From Callorhinchus milii (Eukaryota), in contig NW_024704747.1 of assembly GCF_018977255.1 (NCBI RefSeq), forward strand, positions 22,444,001 through 22,508,000: a DNA stretch of 64,000 nt, in the 5' to 3' direction. The position numbers and the translations under genes were made by a program. The first letter of the stretch is position 1. Each line of letters opens with the position of its first letter. The notes beneath the pieces are model-generated. The model was given only the letters and a program-made list of their open reading frames with translations, did no database searches and had not been told where the DNA came from. Positions 26,240 through 40,100 of this stretch are shown here, one piece after another.

Positions 26240-28518
26240 GTATAATTTCTTAATCTGTTTTTATTGTATACATTTTGTACCTGGTTTTCTATATCTAGTA
26301 GATAAATACTTTGCATTGCCAGCAACACTTACAAGTTACATTTCAGATAGGAAATATGCAGCAGTACACAGGAAAAATTGATTGCCATTACCAAGTACAT
26401 TCAGCATTGTCACTCCACAGCTTAGAAAGAGATATATATATATACACACGCAAACACGTGTGTGTATGTATATATATATATATATATATATATAAATATG
26501 TGCGTGCGTGCGTCAATACCGAGAAACACAATTACAGCCAGAGATCATACACTAGCTTAAATATGAGGCTAATCTTGCCCCTGGATTGAGCAAACGTATA
26601 TCTTTGAGCTTTGACTTTTTACGCCAGAGAAGCAACTCGTACAGTGTGCAATTGCAATAAAATAGTTTTTTTTAAAAAAAAAACAGGTCGAGAACAAAAC
26701 CCACATTGCTGCAATCCTGGAATCTTTCCAAAAAGATCCAAAGCACATACCTCAAACAAATGCCGGCAGCTCAGTCTTACAGCACACACAACATAAATTA
26801 ATGTTTGCTTTAAAGAGCTGGTGTCACTTTCCAGGGATGCAAATGTGGCTTTTGAAAAACATAGTTCCCGAAACCTTATGAAGCCAAAATGGACCAGTGT
26901 TCGGAATTACCAACATAATTAAGATATTGAAAGGCTCGTCAAGAATGTAACAAAATTCATCTGCATTTCCAACAAAATCCCATTATGTAGCAAATGTAAC
27001 AATGTAATTGAGACCATACTAGCGGTGTGTGCAGATAAAATACAATCTGCAGCCATACATTCAGAATACTGTTTCCATACTGCATGAAAATTGAACGTGA
27101 TCTGATAAACTGTATTTACAGCCATCAAACTACAATCAACTTGATTTATTGCCCTTAGGATTATATAAATGAGCTGTTTTTTGGTGTCATTTAGATACTG
27201 TTGATCTTGAGCAGGTGCTGAATTCACAGACCATAAGACAAAGTCAAAACCTTGTACTGTTACTTATCACGGAGGCACAGGCATGATGACATGAATCTGT
27301 CCTCAAATAAACAAACGTCTTCAACTAAAACTTTAACCAATAAAAAAAAACTTTGATTCTGAAAGTCCATTAAAACACTCTTGACAAGTCATTTAACCTG
27401 CCTACAGTCAGGTCCCTTTGTAATAGTACATTAGTCCTAAAACTGACATATGGATGTCTACTTTCAAAAACTAGTAAAACCTCAAGTGCATTCACATTGT
27501 CACAATGCAGATTTTGTATGAATCCGATCAGCGGAACCTTGTTTTGTCACTGAATCATTTGCATCCCTTTGTAACATTTACTTACAAACATTTACAGTAA
27601 CGAAAGACAGCAGCTTCGGTTCAGTGGATCTTGATACAAAGCAGGAAAAAGAACAAGTCGTTACTGGAGAGGGAGGGGTCAAAGAAATCACATCTCATTC
27701 ACTAAATGTTTTTTAAAAGAAAAGAAAATTAAGAAATGAAATGGGCAGCTCCATAACCATGATATATAACTACTGCAGAGCAACACAAGTAACCGTTTTT
27801 GAACTACTGAAAGCAATACAAGCTTAGTTCTTAGTGACAATACTACAGTAGTACTGGGCTTGCATTAGTGATTACCGATAAACCCACTGAGAACCTTTAC
27901 TCAGCCAATTCATCGCTGTAGCTTTTTAAACTAATGAAACAGTAATTCAGGTTCCAGTGCCGGCAGTGAGTCATTTTCTAACGCACGCACTCACCCACCT
28001 CTAACACTATCTGGTACTAATTCTATATTTTTCACAGGAAGCTTCCCGATACGTCGGATATCACGGAAAACTTTCCTTACGTGGTTTCTAAATCTGGACA
28101 TTTTTTCACTACTTCAGAACGGCTAAGGTGTCTGACTGATTTCAACTGTTACCTATAGTGTGGGTACCATTTCCTGGACTCCATGGCTACTTTATAATGG
28201 ACACACAGACCCCGAAATGCAGAAATCACGCTGCTATTACACAATCATTCTCAATGCACGAAATTCATGCTAAGGGAATCTGGGTCAGAAGTCAGGCTCC
28301 TGCATGAACGCCAACATGAACGCCAGCATGAACGCCATGAACTTTTTGTTGTGTCCAGACCTAATATTACCTTAAGACAATAGCAAAGGTCAAGTCGAAA
28401 ACACGATAAAGCTACTTGCCAAAATTACAACACTGTTTTTATTTTACAAACGTCACTTCACAGTATGGTTTTGGTAAATTTGGAATACAAAATGCATCCG
28501 GAGTTAGAGACAGATCAA
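26240..28518 (-). other. GLS: GLS KGA 3' UTR
   Basis: Repeat-free AU-rich stretch after the stop; minus-strand AATAAA at 26260-26265; the end coordinate is approximate. Confidence 0.6.
28302..28343. repeat. Short tandem repeat (about 12-mer, 3 copies) in the KGA 3' UTR
   Basis: gcatgaacgcca acatgaacgcca gcatgaacgcca tgaac. Confidence 0.85.
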
Positions 28519-28672
28519 CTATACCATGCTGTCTATGTTCTCCTGGGAGTGCTTTCCTTTTCCGTTGTTTGAGTCCTCTGGGTGCTTATAATTGTTCTGA
28601 TACTCCTGAAGGATGGACACGACGTCATGGTGACCGAAGTGAATGGCCTCATCTAATGGAGTGTTGCCCCAC
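28519..28672 (-). CDS. GLS: GLS exon 19 (KGA terminal, coding part)
   Basis: [50 protein letters not shown]; TAG at 28519-28521. Confidence 0.94.
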
Positions 28673-31600
28673 CTGAAACCATAATAGAACACATTCCAGG
28701 AATGGCTACACAAGTGACAGATTACTGACACGTTTATATATACACACACACACAACGCATAATCAATCATGGATTGAGTGACCAAATTTTTATTATTTTT
28801 TTTGGAGGAATTATTATCTATCATAGGATGGAATTCCCCTTCATGGGGCTGTAAGGCCTTAAAGATAAACCTTGAAGCCTGAAAGGTTTTTCGTTTGAAT
28901 ATTGTGTAACGCTAAAGTCAATTCATCACTTTGCACTTCAACTAATTCAAACCACCATGTCCAGTTCTCTGAAACATTTTTCCCAAATCCCTTTGCCTTG
29001 AGCCTTGTCTTCCCATCCATAAAATATCTCTCTCTCTCTCTGTGCGTTTGGTCACATCCTCACTCGTCCTCCACCTTTCTCTCTTGTCTGAAGTTCCCCA
29101 ATGACGTGATAAGGCACTAAATCAAATGCAAGGATTATTATTATTATTATCCTCATTATTATCATAATTGAAGCATTTCAATGGATTTGTCAGCGTGAAA
29201 AGTGCTCAAAAGAGCAAGTTGTCATGCCACAAGTGTACTTGGTGGAAAGTATTTTAATTTCAGCAAATTACCCATTTGGCCTCAGAATACTTCTAGACGT
29301 TTTCTAGACATAGACTTGTAGACGTAGACATTTGGTCACTCAATCCACGACTGTTTGTGGGACATTGCTGTGCACAATTGGCTGCCGTATTTCGCCCACA
29401 GACATACAGTCAGTTCACTTTACAGTATATTCTGTGAAGCGCTTTGAGACCATTGGAAGATGTGAAAAGCACTATATCAAATGGAAGGATTATTATCATT
29501 ATAGATGTCGCAAATGTTGTTCAACCTACTCTAACCTTGTTAGGATTCTTCAATCTGCAGATCAGACCAAAGAAATCTCTACATAATCTCTTCCCTTTCT
29601 TTATTAGTGAGATTGCTGAGCAATCTGCTGAAGATTCACATTGTCATTGAATCTGTTCATCCGACTCACCTGTCCTTTGGGAAAGGGCTGACTTTGCAAG
29701 CTTCCAGCAAAAAGCGAATCACCTCCACGTGACCTGCGAGAGAGAAATAGGGAACTTACATCCTGAACCGTGAAAGCTGTTGTCACTTTAATGCATTAAC
29801 ATAGGTAGAGAGTGCCTGCAAGAACGCAATTGGCTGTTACCCTCTGCTGCCGCCACGTGCAATGCTGCTCTTGAGTCATAATCTCTCTGTTCCATGTCCA
29901 TGGCAGACAAAGCAAATCTGCAATAAAGAACATTTTTTTAAAAAAATGAATCCATCTGAACATTTTCCTCTGAGCAATTAGACTAAACAAGCCTCTCAAG
30001 TCATCTACCCACCAGCAATATAATAATACATTCTCAAATGCAAGTAATATTAATTATGAAGTCTCCATACTCTTGTTGGTGTAACATTTAAGCGAGGGTG
30101 TTGTATCCAGTTACTGTCACTAGATGTCAGCTTGTTTTGCAAATACTGTACAGCAATTCCTTAGTACACTATTGAGTAACTGATATATAATAGCAGACAT
30201 CTCAATCGGAATCACAATATTGTACTTCGAATTTAAAAGTACGGTTCCCATTTTCACTTAGCAGAATATACAGTTTAAATCAGACACAACTGAATCAAAC
30301 AGGTTTAGTTTAAATCATACATTCCAATAAAAAAATAGTTTTAACCGAGGAACAGATTTTGAAACTATGCTAAGAAATGCATTGAGGTTTATTCCACTGG
30401 CATTAACGTCATTTCATTGAACTCAATCGTATCCTCTTGTTAGGAAATCTCTTCTTAAAAAATATTTTTCACAAATCAATAACTCCAACTCGCACATTTA
30501 TGTGACCTAATTTGGAAGACATCATTCAGCTATTAAGAGCCAATATTTATTGTCCTGATAAATCAAACTCTATAATCTGGGCTTTAAATCCATCAAAAGC
30601 TGTTAAGCGCAAAGGACAAGTACTTAGCTCACTTCCTGTTTGGCTGCTTAAAGTCATTGCATCATTTTATGATTGTTGCCAAGATAATAATCACGAAACA
30701 TAGCTTTACAGAAATTTTATAAAATAAAACATAAAAAATTCAACACAACAATGGTAATGCTAAATTTTATTAAACTGTTTCAGTATGTTTTTAGTTAAAA
30801 CAGGAATGTTATACCTAACATTAAAACAAGATTGAAATGAATTGAGGGACAGCTGCCCACTGCCAGATAGACAGAACTTGTGGTTTTCCCATTGTTGGTA
30901 GATTTCATTAACGTTAATCATTATTAGTGAAAACAATATCTGATGAAGCTTTGAATATGTTGAACATACTGGACGAACATAAAGGACAAAAGATGGCCAC
31001 AGTTAACATTATTCTGTGAAAATATGTGCAAACACAAACAAGTCTACATTCTAGCTCGACAGTATTGTGATAAGCACAGTGAACTAAAGAAAACAGCCTG
31101 TGGTGCAACATATTCTGGGGTGATCTTACCTCCTGAGAGCAGATACATCTCCTGTATATGCAGCAAAGAGAAGGTTTATCACCGACTTCACCTAATGAGG
31201 TTTAAGAATGAATACGTAAGACACAGGGTGATTTGCATCCACAAACAACAATTTACACACATATAGCATGTTTCATACTGAGAGAACGTCTCATAGTTCA
31301 TTACAAGTTGGAGCCCAAACCAGGATGGGTAGAGAGGGAGGTGTCTGACATGTAGGTCTTCTGGTAAGATTTGGAAGCAGAGAGGTGAGGGTGAAATGGA
31401 AGCATTTTGGGAGATAATTCCACAGTGAGAGGTAAAGTGGTTGTAGGCATCTCTGCTGATGGTTGGCAGTGGAGTGGACATGGAGGTGGGTGACGGGGAG
31501 AACTAGAAGCAAGTTGGAATAGATGGAGCCAGGCCAGGATGGGGATATTGGGCTTGAGGGAAGAGGGTAAGTGCAGCGAGGTTCTGTATAGTCTTGAGTT

Positions 31601-34091
31601 TGGGGATGGTGGAGCTGGGAAGGCCGGCTTTGGAAAGGACAAGACTGTAGGTGACAAAACCGTCGATGAGGATTTCAACTGTGTTGGGGGTGAGATAGTG
31701 ATGGAGGCAGACAATGCTGCAAATTTGATGTGTTCTGCCTCATAGAACTCATGACAAGACTGAGTCCTAATATTTGCTCCCAAGTTTAGGTATGATTTGA
31801 CATTAAGGTATAACAGCTCTAATATAATATGCAAGCAAAGATTCTTCCCCACCCGGTTCAGAACCAAATAAGATACTGTAGAAAGATGGTACTCATCTGC
31901 TATAATCAGGGAAACGTGGCAGCCAATTAGTGTGCCAGCAGTGTCATACAAATAGCCATAAAGCGAAAATTAAAAGGAATGGGGGAAAATAAAAGATTTC
32001 ATTTTCTGTTAACAGAAAGCAGAAATGCATACAAGTTTCAGTCAGTTTATTGTCAGGTTGGGATTTAAAGACGGCTTCCAGCCCTGTTCCAGTACTGTCT
32101 CAATAGTGAGCATATCTGAGGAATGCCATCACCTCATAGCGTTTTTGACCATAGAGAAGAATGCATTTTCTCTTCCAACTCAGAGAATTATCAATCATCC
32201 AGCAACGCAAACAACCACAGCAATGCTAAGAAATGCATCGGTGGTGTGCTGATACACAGCTGTATCCATGTAAGATGTGTTGATGCAACAATCTAACCGA
32301 TGATTATGTTTCTTAAGTGAATCAGAGTAAAGTGTTCAGCAAGGTACTATTAGTTTCATGCTGCCTTAACTTAAGCTGACGGGTACTAATACATTTCTTG
32401 AGGAAGGTAGGGAGTGAAATAGGTTATAATATCCATGATTTTGCTTGCTATGCCCATGCATTTATAAGTTGCCCATCCCAACATGAAAAAACGTACAATG
32501 AAAAGCCTTCAACAGCTGTGGTTTCAGAATGCGCTGTGCCAGCTCCTACATCAAAATTCGCTTTTCCTGTCTGGCTTAAAAACAAAGCTCCGCATTATCC
32601 CCAGGAATTTGAGTGGTTTCCCTGAATGCACGTCTGCACAAAAAGATGCCAAAATAACATTGAGGTAATAAAATTGCAATTTTTGTCTGTTTTTGTTCAC
32701 CAACGATTAGTTTGTGTCCTGAAAATGCATATTATTTCAGCTCTTCTTTTTCTCTCCACATTTTTGTACACATCAGTTTCAAGTCCCCTCACCACACCCC
32801 CCATCCACCTCTCCCTTCAGTTATAACCCTGTGCCAATTCTTTCTCTAGCTTCTGCTTTCAATTTTCTCCCTTTTCACTTGTACGATAAATTACTGCATC
32901 TTTAAGGCATGGCTTGATCTTCCCACTTCTGTGTATCAGAATCCCCCCTCTCTGCAGTGGTACGTACGTATGAAAGCTAAAAGCGCTTGCAAAGATCATT
33001 AATAAGCATTGAGGTAACAGAAAACAGCCCAAAGTGCTATTTGTTTAGCAAATAGTATTCCAGCCTCTCCTGCCTATAGTGGGATTCTTGTGAAACTGAA
33101 AATCAAGCCATTTTTCTGCGCTGTGCGCACATTTTGCATACTGCCACGTCTAATCACCTGCAGCATCACCCTGGCTTTCCTTTAAAGAATCCTCTGAAGC
33201 TAAGCAGGGACAGTCGTCACGGATCCTTGTGACTCCATTGATCATTCCTCATATAATGCTATTAGGGTGGCTGACTTGCTGCAGACATTGTGGTCAACAA
33301 TGCCCCCAAATAAAATTTGCCATTCACTTCATGGCTACTTGTAGGTTCTAGCTCTATACACATTGGCTGCTACCATTCACCCATAAATACAGTCACTACG
33401 CTTCACACTAAAATCCTGCAGAGCCCTTTGAGACAACGTGATAAGGTGCTATATCAAATGCAAGGATTATTATTTTATTGTTATTACACTGTTGTGGAAA
33501 CACAATTCAAAACATTGAATGAAGTGGGAGCTCAGTGATCTACAGCTTTCACTTCAGATGATCTGGAGTCCATGTTTGTGACTGTTGAGAGCAGAGGATG
33601 AATTGCTCACCAGGTAATTCTGTAGGGAAAGCTGATTAGGTACAGCCTACACCCTGAAAACTTTCACTCTTACCTTTCCCATCGTCTCCACCTTATATCC
33701 ACTAACAACTTCTCCTCCCACACTCGCACCATCATGGGGTTCCTGAGAGCTGTCCTTGGTCTTCTCCTCTTTAATGTTTATCTGCTCCCACTTGCTTGCA
33801 TCTCCCGCTGCAGGACCACTGCTGTCCTGACAGGGTGTCTGACAGACATCAAGTCCTGGATGAGAGCCAGTGGCTAAAACCTTACCAACCAACTCGCTCT
33901 CTCCACTCGGCAGGCACTGGCTTGCTCCATGTCTCCCACGCTGACCACCCCACCATCAGCAGTGAAGCCTTAGGCCGTTCTGCTGCCACCCTCTGGCATT
34001 CCACCCCAGAATCCCTTCACCTCTCCCCCTACCTTGCTTCCTTCAAGGCCAATCTCAAGACTTTCCTCTTTTTACTGTGGCTTCAGTCATC

Positions 34092-34123
<32 letters not shown>

Positions 34124-37100
34124 CCCTCCAACCCTCAATCACACCTCCAGCTCAGGTGCAAACTCTTGTCTGTCCAGCGCCTTGGGACGTCCTCCCGATG
34201 TGAAAGGCGCTATATAAATGCAATTTGTTGCTGTTGGAGTAAAGATAATCAAGAAATATATGAATCACTTCCCAGCCAGTGACATCAAAGGTCAAATTTC
34301 TTTAATTTCCTATTAATAGTCCATGTCCAAGACTTCTTATAACCAGAATAACATATGTAAAGCTTGAACTTTTAACCCATCTCTTTTAACCGTTGAGGCC
34401 TTTATCCGAAGCTGTTATAATAATCCTTGCATTTTGATATAGCGCCTTATTACATCTTCGAGATGTCTCAAAGCGCTTCACAGAATATGCCGTAAAGTGA
34501 ATTGACTGTACATTTTGTGGAGAATCTAGGACAACCATTGATTCTCCTAGAAGAGCTGATCATAACATTGCTAAGAGCAGGTCTAAAAAGTATAAGAGAA
34601 CAATGAATCTTTGTTGCATCCAGTCCCGTTTATCTTCTGAATCTCACTGTGAAGCCATGTCAATGTACATGCCATGATTGATGGATCGTATTGTGTCCAG
34701 GATCTGGAATGAAATCTGAGACATCTCAGATTCCTTATCTGTTGCAATTAAAGTAACCTAAAGGACAGGATGGGCAACCTACTTATTTCCATCTGAAAGA
34801 CCGAGTTGCTCTCATATGATACGGTAGCAAGTAAGATTCCTTTGCAGATGTCCCTGTACATCATTTTATAACATCGAGCAGCAGGGCAGAGGATTTAGAG
34901 TTAAGGATTCTTTCAGAGTTAAAAGGATTAATTGCCCAAATGTAGTGGTCGGTGAACCTTAATAACTATATTGAGGTCTGACTGGCAACTAACAGGAGTT
35001 GTTGTAGTTGCAGAGATTTCTCTACGAGTAACCGGACGTGAACAACCAGAAGGAATTCCAGCAACTGCAGTCAGAGCTGATCAGAGTGCTGCACTTCTAT
35101 TTGTTACTACTCTTTCAGATTGCAGCAGACGAGATTCCAATGTCTGTTGACAAATAGAAATTTCACAACAATGCTAGAGTTAACCCAACAGCCCAATGTG
35201 TCTGTTTGCTGACCTTCCATCAGAAAAGTGGACAAAAAGTCATCGACGTGGAACATTAATTCACTTATCTTTCTCCATGGACGCTGCCTGACCTGCTGAG
35301 TGTTCCCAGCGTCTCCTTTTTTAAAATTTTAGATTTCCAGCATCGGCAGTATTTTGCTTTCTGTCTTGTTTGTTTACTTGCGTGGTTCATATAATCCTAA
35401 GTGTCTTAGACCTTATTTTGCAAATGAGCTATTACAGGCCCAAACTTCCACCCAGTCTTAGTCCACAAAGTCTTTTCCATCTTAAAATTTAAGGTCGTTG
35501 ACCTGTTATTGTAGTGGATGGAGCTGTTGCTTATGAACTCAAAACCTACTGGTTCAAATCCTGGCTTGTGTTAGTGTGAGCTGGGGAGGCTAAATTGGCC
35601 CCGAACTTCCCAAATGAACTGAGTTTCTCCTCTTACCATCTCCCAGTCGTACACATGTACGTCAGCGGGCTGGGGAGAGATCCTGCTTGGCTGTGAAATT
35701 CTCTGCAGTCGATGAGCCTGTCAAGGCTCACACATGAACAAATGGTTCAGTACCAGAAGGCAATCAGCATCTGTGGAACCATAACCTCAGCACGACTTGA
35801 CTAAGCCAGGAGCAGAGAGATATGCCAACAGGGGAGAAAATTAGAAAATAATTGGATACACTAAATTTATATTAAAAAAAACTTCATGACTCACGGTTCA
35901 TAAAAGTCTCAGTTTCAGGCTAGTGGCTGAAAACATGGGCGCCGTGGGTGGAACAGAAGTGACAAGGGATGTGCAGGAGGCAGGAGCCAGTTAAGCGAAG
36001 GGGGCAGATAGTGGAGAGGTGTATGAACAAGACAGACAAGTAGGGAGGTGCCTGGGCATGAAGTTATTTATACTGCGTGTGTGAGGATGTTGAAATTGAT
36101 CCGTTCTGCAATAGGGAGCTAGAACTCTGGGGTGATGAGTGTGGAGGTTAGTACAGGTGAGGGAGGATGGGATGGCAAGAGTTTTGAATTAATTGAGTTT
36201 TATGAATTGTGGGGCTAGGGAGACTGGGTTCCCCGTGCTGACTGCTGTGTTCGTGATCAGCCTCCTCCAAAATGTCTACTACTACTACTACTATTTGCTG
36301 TGTCAGTCAATATGCACCTATCCTAGACCAATAAAACACAGCCACACTTCAGAAGCACATCAACAATTTTACTGTTACAGCTATGGCTCTGCCAAAAACA
36401 CAGCCCAAGCCGGTTAATGAACAACCAATTGATAGGAATATTCAGTTAAAGTGAATGTTTACTTACGTATAAACAAGTCCTTAGATACATTGAAACGGAA
36501 AAAAAAACCTGCTGATACTGTATATAGGAACGGTTACTGCTTCATAAACATGGTTTCTGAGGCAGGACTGGCATAGATTCAATAATGGATTTGAAGACTG
36601 AAGTGCTCTAAATCACTATGGTTCGTGATTTTGTGCAGATTTCACATGACCTTGTCCTATTACTATACAAGGGACTGAACAACACTGCCATTAGAGACAC
36701 GTTAATGACTTCCATGCTTGAGCACTTATTGGGCAGATTTACCCCAACGATCGGCAACAAACACTCATAATGGTGTTTGCTTAACACATCCGCTTGGATA
36801 AAAGGAGCAGATTGTTAGCTACTGACATGATCCCATTATAAGGCAAACAGATACGTCAAGGAACTGTGATGTCAACATATCCATCTCTACTTCAAAATTG
36901 CTGGCGTAGATGGAGAAAAAGATTATTCTGCAAACAGAAAAGCTACTTAAACCTGAATACACATTTGGACATCATTGGTAACTTGGAAACTAAAAATGTG
37001 ATACAATTCACTTTTATATAGCGCCGTTCACTTCGGGAGAACGCCTCAAAGTACTTAATCCTGGAGGGCAAAATTTCAATTAAGTATAGTTGAACTCACC

Positions 37101-40100
37101 ACACAAGTTTGTAAGGTAATTAATGAGGTTGGCATTTGTCTATTATAGCTATTAGTTTAGCTGGGACTGGGAGAAGGGATGCTTTGCTGGGACTGACTTG
37201 ACAGTCACTAACCACCTCTGCTCCATCCATGCCCGGTTCTCCCTGTGCCTCAATCTTCAATCTTTCCACTGGTTTTGACACCATTGACCACTCCACCTTT
37301 TTCCTCATCATTCAAACCTTTAATTCGGGCTCAACTAAGTTTGATTTACTCTATCTCCATAACATTGTGGCTCAGTGATAGACTCTTGCCTCAGAGTCAA
37401 GATGGTTGTGGGTTTGAATCTCACGTTGGGACTTCAACTCACATTAATTTGACCCTCCAATGCAGTGCTGGGGCAAGGGGGTTGCATTGACGGAGGTGCC
37501 GTCCTTTGGATGAGATGTTAAACCAAGGTCCCGTCTACCTGTTCAGGTGGATTTTAAGGATCCCACACACTATTCAAAAAGAGTAGGGTGTTTCACTGTG
37601 TCCTGGCAACAATCCCTCAAATAAAATTGGTCACTCGTTTCATGGCTGTTTGCTGTGCGCAATTGTGCTTCCGCGATTGCCTACAAATAAAGTCACTCCA
37701 TTTCACAGTAATTCCTGTGAACCATTTGGAGACGTCCTTCCGATGTGATAAGGCGCTATACCAAACACAAGGATTAGTATTATTATCATCCTGTCTCTGT
37801 CACTACTCATTCCCAAAGAAGCCAAAAGCCTCATTTTTGCTATGCATCTCCAGACTTATCCTCTCCGATGCCTTGCTTTTGCTGGTCTCCTGATTTACCC
37901 CCAAGCTGCAAATCATTCAGAACTCTGGAGCCTGCCTTCTCTCACCAAGGAGGTCAGTGGTGGATCTCATCACACGCATCCTCAATTGGCTCCACTGGCT
38001 CGTGACCCTGCAGTGGATTGACCAAGATCCTTGTTATCACCTTAATATATCTCCACAGCCTAGCTTCATTCTACCAACTCTGGAATCAATGTCCCCCACC
38101 GACTCCATATCACCATTGGCGAGCAAGCTTTCAGCTACTTTGCCCATATTCTCTGGGAGCCTGTTCTGAAATCTTTCTATTTCTCTCTTTGTTTTCAAAA
38201 CCCAACTGAAAACCGCTCTCTTTGATTCTACATTTGGCCACCTTCATCTAATCCCCACCTGCCAACCAGCTTGGGCTACTACATAAATTTTGTAAAGCAC
38301 TTTAAGGTTTTCTCCTACGTGAAAAGCACTATACAAGTGTACTTAGGATATGTAGAGCACACAGAGTGTACTAAACACCAAGCTGCTGAATACAGTGTTT
38401 CACATAATCACGAGATGTCCAGATGAAAAAGGCACTTTGGCCCTTCTCCTTCCAGAATACCAACTCTACCATCTTCTCAAAACAGACTCGATCAGTTTCT
38501 TAAGAGGTCTCACGTGCTTGTGTCTAAAGTACAAATCAAGTCACATGGAAGTTGCACATCTCCTTCACATGTGAAACTTCAGTGTAAATTTATAAAATGT
38601 TTGATTATTTGACTTACCTTTTAGTAGTGTAGTTGTAGTCAGTAAACAGTTTATTCCTTGGTACAGCAGACTAATAATAATAAACTAGTGCAGTGGTATA
38701 GGGCATTTGCAGATGCTGACAACAAGGTAAAGGTTTGTATCTATATCTTTGTGACACTACGTAATAGCTCTGCTTATGGTAATGATGCCACAGATGCTCA
38801 GCTATAGTTATTTGGTTGCAATTGGCAACTGCTTACGAGCTCCCATTCCTCTCAGAATCCAGGGAAAGATAACTTTTTACTTAAATAATTTGGTTGAAAA
38901 TTGTTTTTCTGTTAGGCAAAAATTATTTGTAATTCTGCCATTTAGTAATTCAAAAGCAAATAAAATGTACACAGCTACATAAGGTGGGATGTAAAATGGT
39001 TTTATTAAACAATACAAAAAATGAGTGCAGGATAGTTTACATAAAAATGCCAATGGAAAATAATGTGGCAATTACTGCTGAAATAAAATACAAAAAATAC
39101 ATACATGCAAATATAGAAAATGCAAAACAAAATGCAAACAAAATACTGGATCTGCAGCCGACAAAGTAAAATATTGAACTCCAAACACATTTTATAAGCC
39201 AATTCAGTAATCCCGTTTTATATCCAAGAGTTAGTTAACCTATTCTGCAACTGCAATTAAAAAAATAACAGACAATCCAGTCATCAAAAAAATTCACCCA
39301 CTGAAAGAAAGTAAACTAAAACTAGCAGCCATATAAATCTTTAAGCAGCTGATTGATAAAATTCTCAGGGTAACTTCAGGTACCAGTCGGGAAAATAAAG
39401 TTCTCCGATTTACACAACAGCATAGTAAATAAAATCATATTATGGATGACACAAATGCAAGCACAGATGAGCCCAGAAGAGGATATTTCTGATTTTAAAG
39501 ATCAAAATATACATAACAGGTCCATGGGATAAAGTATTCAATGTTACACCAAAAGTATTTGCACTGGCAAAAGTAAGAGTGCAAGCATCTGACCCAAAGT
39601 TTCTGGGGAGTTTTTGTGTCATTATAAACTAGAACGAAAATAATCTATAGTGTAACAGGGCTTTAGTGCAATCTCCCTACACTGCCTTCACAGAGTAAAT
39701 AGAGGTTCAGTGTTTTACTCGTATCTTTCTTCCCCTGTAAACCGCTGTGACTCCTTGTTGCTTGTAAAATTAAACTCCCAACTTACATCTTGAAGCAGGA
39801 GAGCCTCGCTGTGGCACAGCGTTTGTTGGAGAATCCAACTGAATTCAATGTATTTTATCAATGCTTTGCAATGTTTATCAATGCATTATAACAGTAACTC
39901 TACAAAGTTTCTTTTTTTTCAATGGAGTAAGATAATATTGACTTCTTAACGAGTTGGTGAGTCTGGATTTCTAAGTCCGTGCTAATAGATATAATACATA
40001 CAATCCTATGCATTTGTTTAAGTTAAAGTTCGGTTTTACAATAAATTTGGTCAAAAATGTGTATGTAGGCTCCCCAATTTTTGGTGTATAAGCACAACAT

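Noticed and set aside
31301-31951. 216-aa minus-strand ORF
   Set aside because: It overlaps a degenerate L2 fragment and has no coherent domain.
38618-38670. Possible 53-nt GLS intronic mini-exon (tattag| ... aaaag|gtaagtc, minus strand)
   Set aside because: The donor is good but the acceptor is weak, the length shifts frame, and the content is low complexity; not enough support.
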